The notes under the pieces are model-generated. The model did not search any database. It worked only from the letters and a program-made list of their open reading frames with translations, and was not told the DNA's origin. The position numbers were made by a program, and so were the translations under genes. From NCBI GenBank assembly GCA_964480775.1, contig CAYZRF010000032.1, forward strand, positions 1-15,825: a DNA stretch of 15,825 nucleotides, in the 5' to 3' direction. This DNA comes from an uncultured Nitrososphaerota archaeon. Lineage in GTDB: Archaea; Korarchaeota; Korarchaeia; Korarchaeales; Korarchaeaceae. How positions within the stretch are numbered: the first letter of the stretch is position 1; each line of letters begins with the position of its first letter. Below are positions 15,062 through 15,825 of this stretch, piece after piece.

Positions 15062-15825
15062 TTATCCCTTCTTCGATTTTAGTCCCTTCTCACCGGTCTT
15101 CTCCTTGAAAACTTCTCTTATTAGATAATTTACCATGAGATAAACTAAAGGAGCTGTGATGAACCATAGAAGGGGAAACTTCATAGGAAGGAGATAATCT
15201 TTTAGACCTTCAATGCTGGCCACTATCTCATCATCGCTCCAAAAGAATGAATTCCAGGAAATAGTGCTAAATAAGGATGAGACTGAGAGAATTAGCTTCA
15301 GTCCTCTCTTAACAGAAATTTTTGGTATTGAAAGGGTATGGAGAAAGCAAAGAAAGAGAGTAATTCCTGCTGCAATGAACCATCTGATCCTTAGAGAGTC
15401 ATATCTGCCGAAAGCTACTCTGAAAAGCAGAACTTTGTTGGGAAAGAGGTCCTTTCTTCTGAAAAAGTAGATATTTTCAGATTCTCTAAAGAATGGCATG
15501 ATATCTTGGCTCTTGATATTTCTACCCTCGATCTCGAAAACCGTCGGAGTGAAGGTTCCATTGTACAGAAGCTTGAAGTTCTTAGGCAATTCAACCTTCA
15601 AAATTCCGACGCTGCCATTAAAATGAGGAATAATGAATGAGTAGTAGTATATTTGAAAGGGAAATTTGTTCATAGTGTTCTGCTTCTTCAAAGGATAAGA
15701 AGCGGGCGCTACCTTAACCATAAAGCAAAATTCAGAGATATTTCCACTCTCTGATGGCTCTGGTTCTACTGCTACATTGACATAATACAATCCTGTCTCT
15801 TTATCAAGTGTAATATTACAGTTCT
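15062..15825 (-). CDS. AT-rich hypothetical membrane protein. The 5' end probably lies outside the window.
   Basis: The ORF-track start at 15790 is TTG, and the frame stays open to the window edge (..NCNITLDKETG-LYYVNVAVEPEP..). A beta-rich N-terminal part is followed by hydrophobic helices (WFIAAGITLFLCFLHTL; LILSVSSLFSTISW; FPLLWFITAPLVYLMVNYLI) and a basic tail. One sampled line (15241-15300) has 20/60 G+C. Confidence 0.6.
   Translation of the reverse strand, partial: NCNITLDKETGLYYVNVAVEPEPSESGNISEFCFMVKVAPASYPLKKQNTMNKFPFQIYYYSFIIPHFNGSVGILKVELPKNFKLLYNGTFTPTVFEIEGRNIKSQDIMPFFRESENIYFFRRKDLFPNKVLLFRVAFGRYDSLRIRWFIAAGITLFLCFLHTLSIPKISVKRGLKLILSVSSLFSTISWNSFFWSDDEIVASIEGLKDYLLPMKFPLLWFITAPLVYLMVNYLIREVFKEKTGEKGLKSKKG

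Noticed and set aside
15213-15470. 85-aa + strand ORF.
   Set aside because: It is antisense to the longer membrane-protein ORF 15062-15825.
1-15825. Search for CRISPR arrays, tRNA/rRNA genes, integrase/transposase genes and terminal direct repeats that would define a classical mobile element.
   Set aside because: I saw no regularly spaced direct repeats, no GC-rich cloverleaf-type segments and no recombinase-like ORFs. The only long repeat is the inverted EVE pair. Mobility of the island is therefore inferred from composition and pseudogenes only.

Overview
The window looks like a hyperthermophilic archaeal chromosome, probably Thermococcales. This is an inference from K/E/I/R-rich proteins, AGG/AGA/ATA codon use, GGTGAT-type ribosome-binding sites, A/T-rich BRE/TATA-like intergenic regions and a PH1033-type EVE protein. 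The window is a mosaic variable or defence island, not a core region.

Left to right:
- 1-572: 3' end of a pyridine-nucleotide-disulfide oxidoreductase gene, apparently core.
- 569-919 (-): small conserved hypothetical gene.
- 920-1272: noncoding stretch containing a perfect hairpin.
- 1273-1428 (-): 51-aa ribbon-helix-helix gene, missing from the ORF track.
- 1527-~1840: HTH-LAGLIDADG-like gene, cut off just after its LAGLIDADG motif by an abrupt fall in G+C.
- 1841-3860 (-): AT-rich cassette of two overlapping genes of unknown function. The downstream protein has a clear PD-(D/E)xK motif and a winged-helix/basic tail. This is my best candidate for an undescribed nuclease-based system.
- 3981-~4345 (-): frameshifted inverted pseudogene copy of the EVE gene found at the other end of the island.
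- 4395-6029: orphan protein with 6 transmembrane helices, a winged helix and an unknown domain.
- 6035-6187 (-): short gene relic.
- 6283-7122 (-): orphan protein with a phospholipase-D-like C-terminal domain carrying an 'HDR' variant motif.
- 7193-7462 (-): decayed ORF.
- 7481-7506: 26-bp perfect palindrome in the promoter region.
- 7557-14399: complete, translationally coupled type I restriction-modification operon, hsdM-hsdS-hsdR-DUF45. HsdM carries an extra N-terminal MarR-like winged helix. HsdR has E-V-E where the nuclease E-x-K motif is expected.
- 14587-15021: intact EVE/PUA-like gene.
- 15062-15825 (-): AT-rich membrane protein gene running off the window.

I found no tRNA, rRNA, CRISPR array, integrase or transposase.
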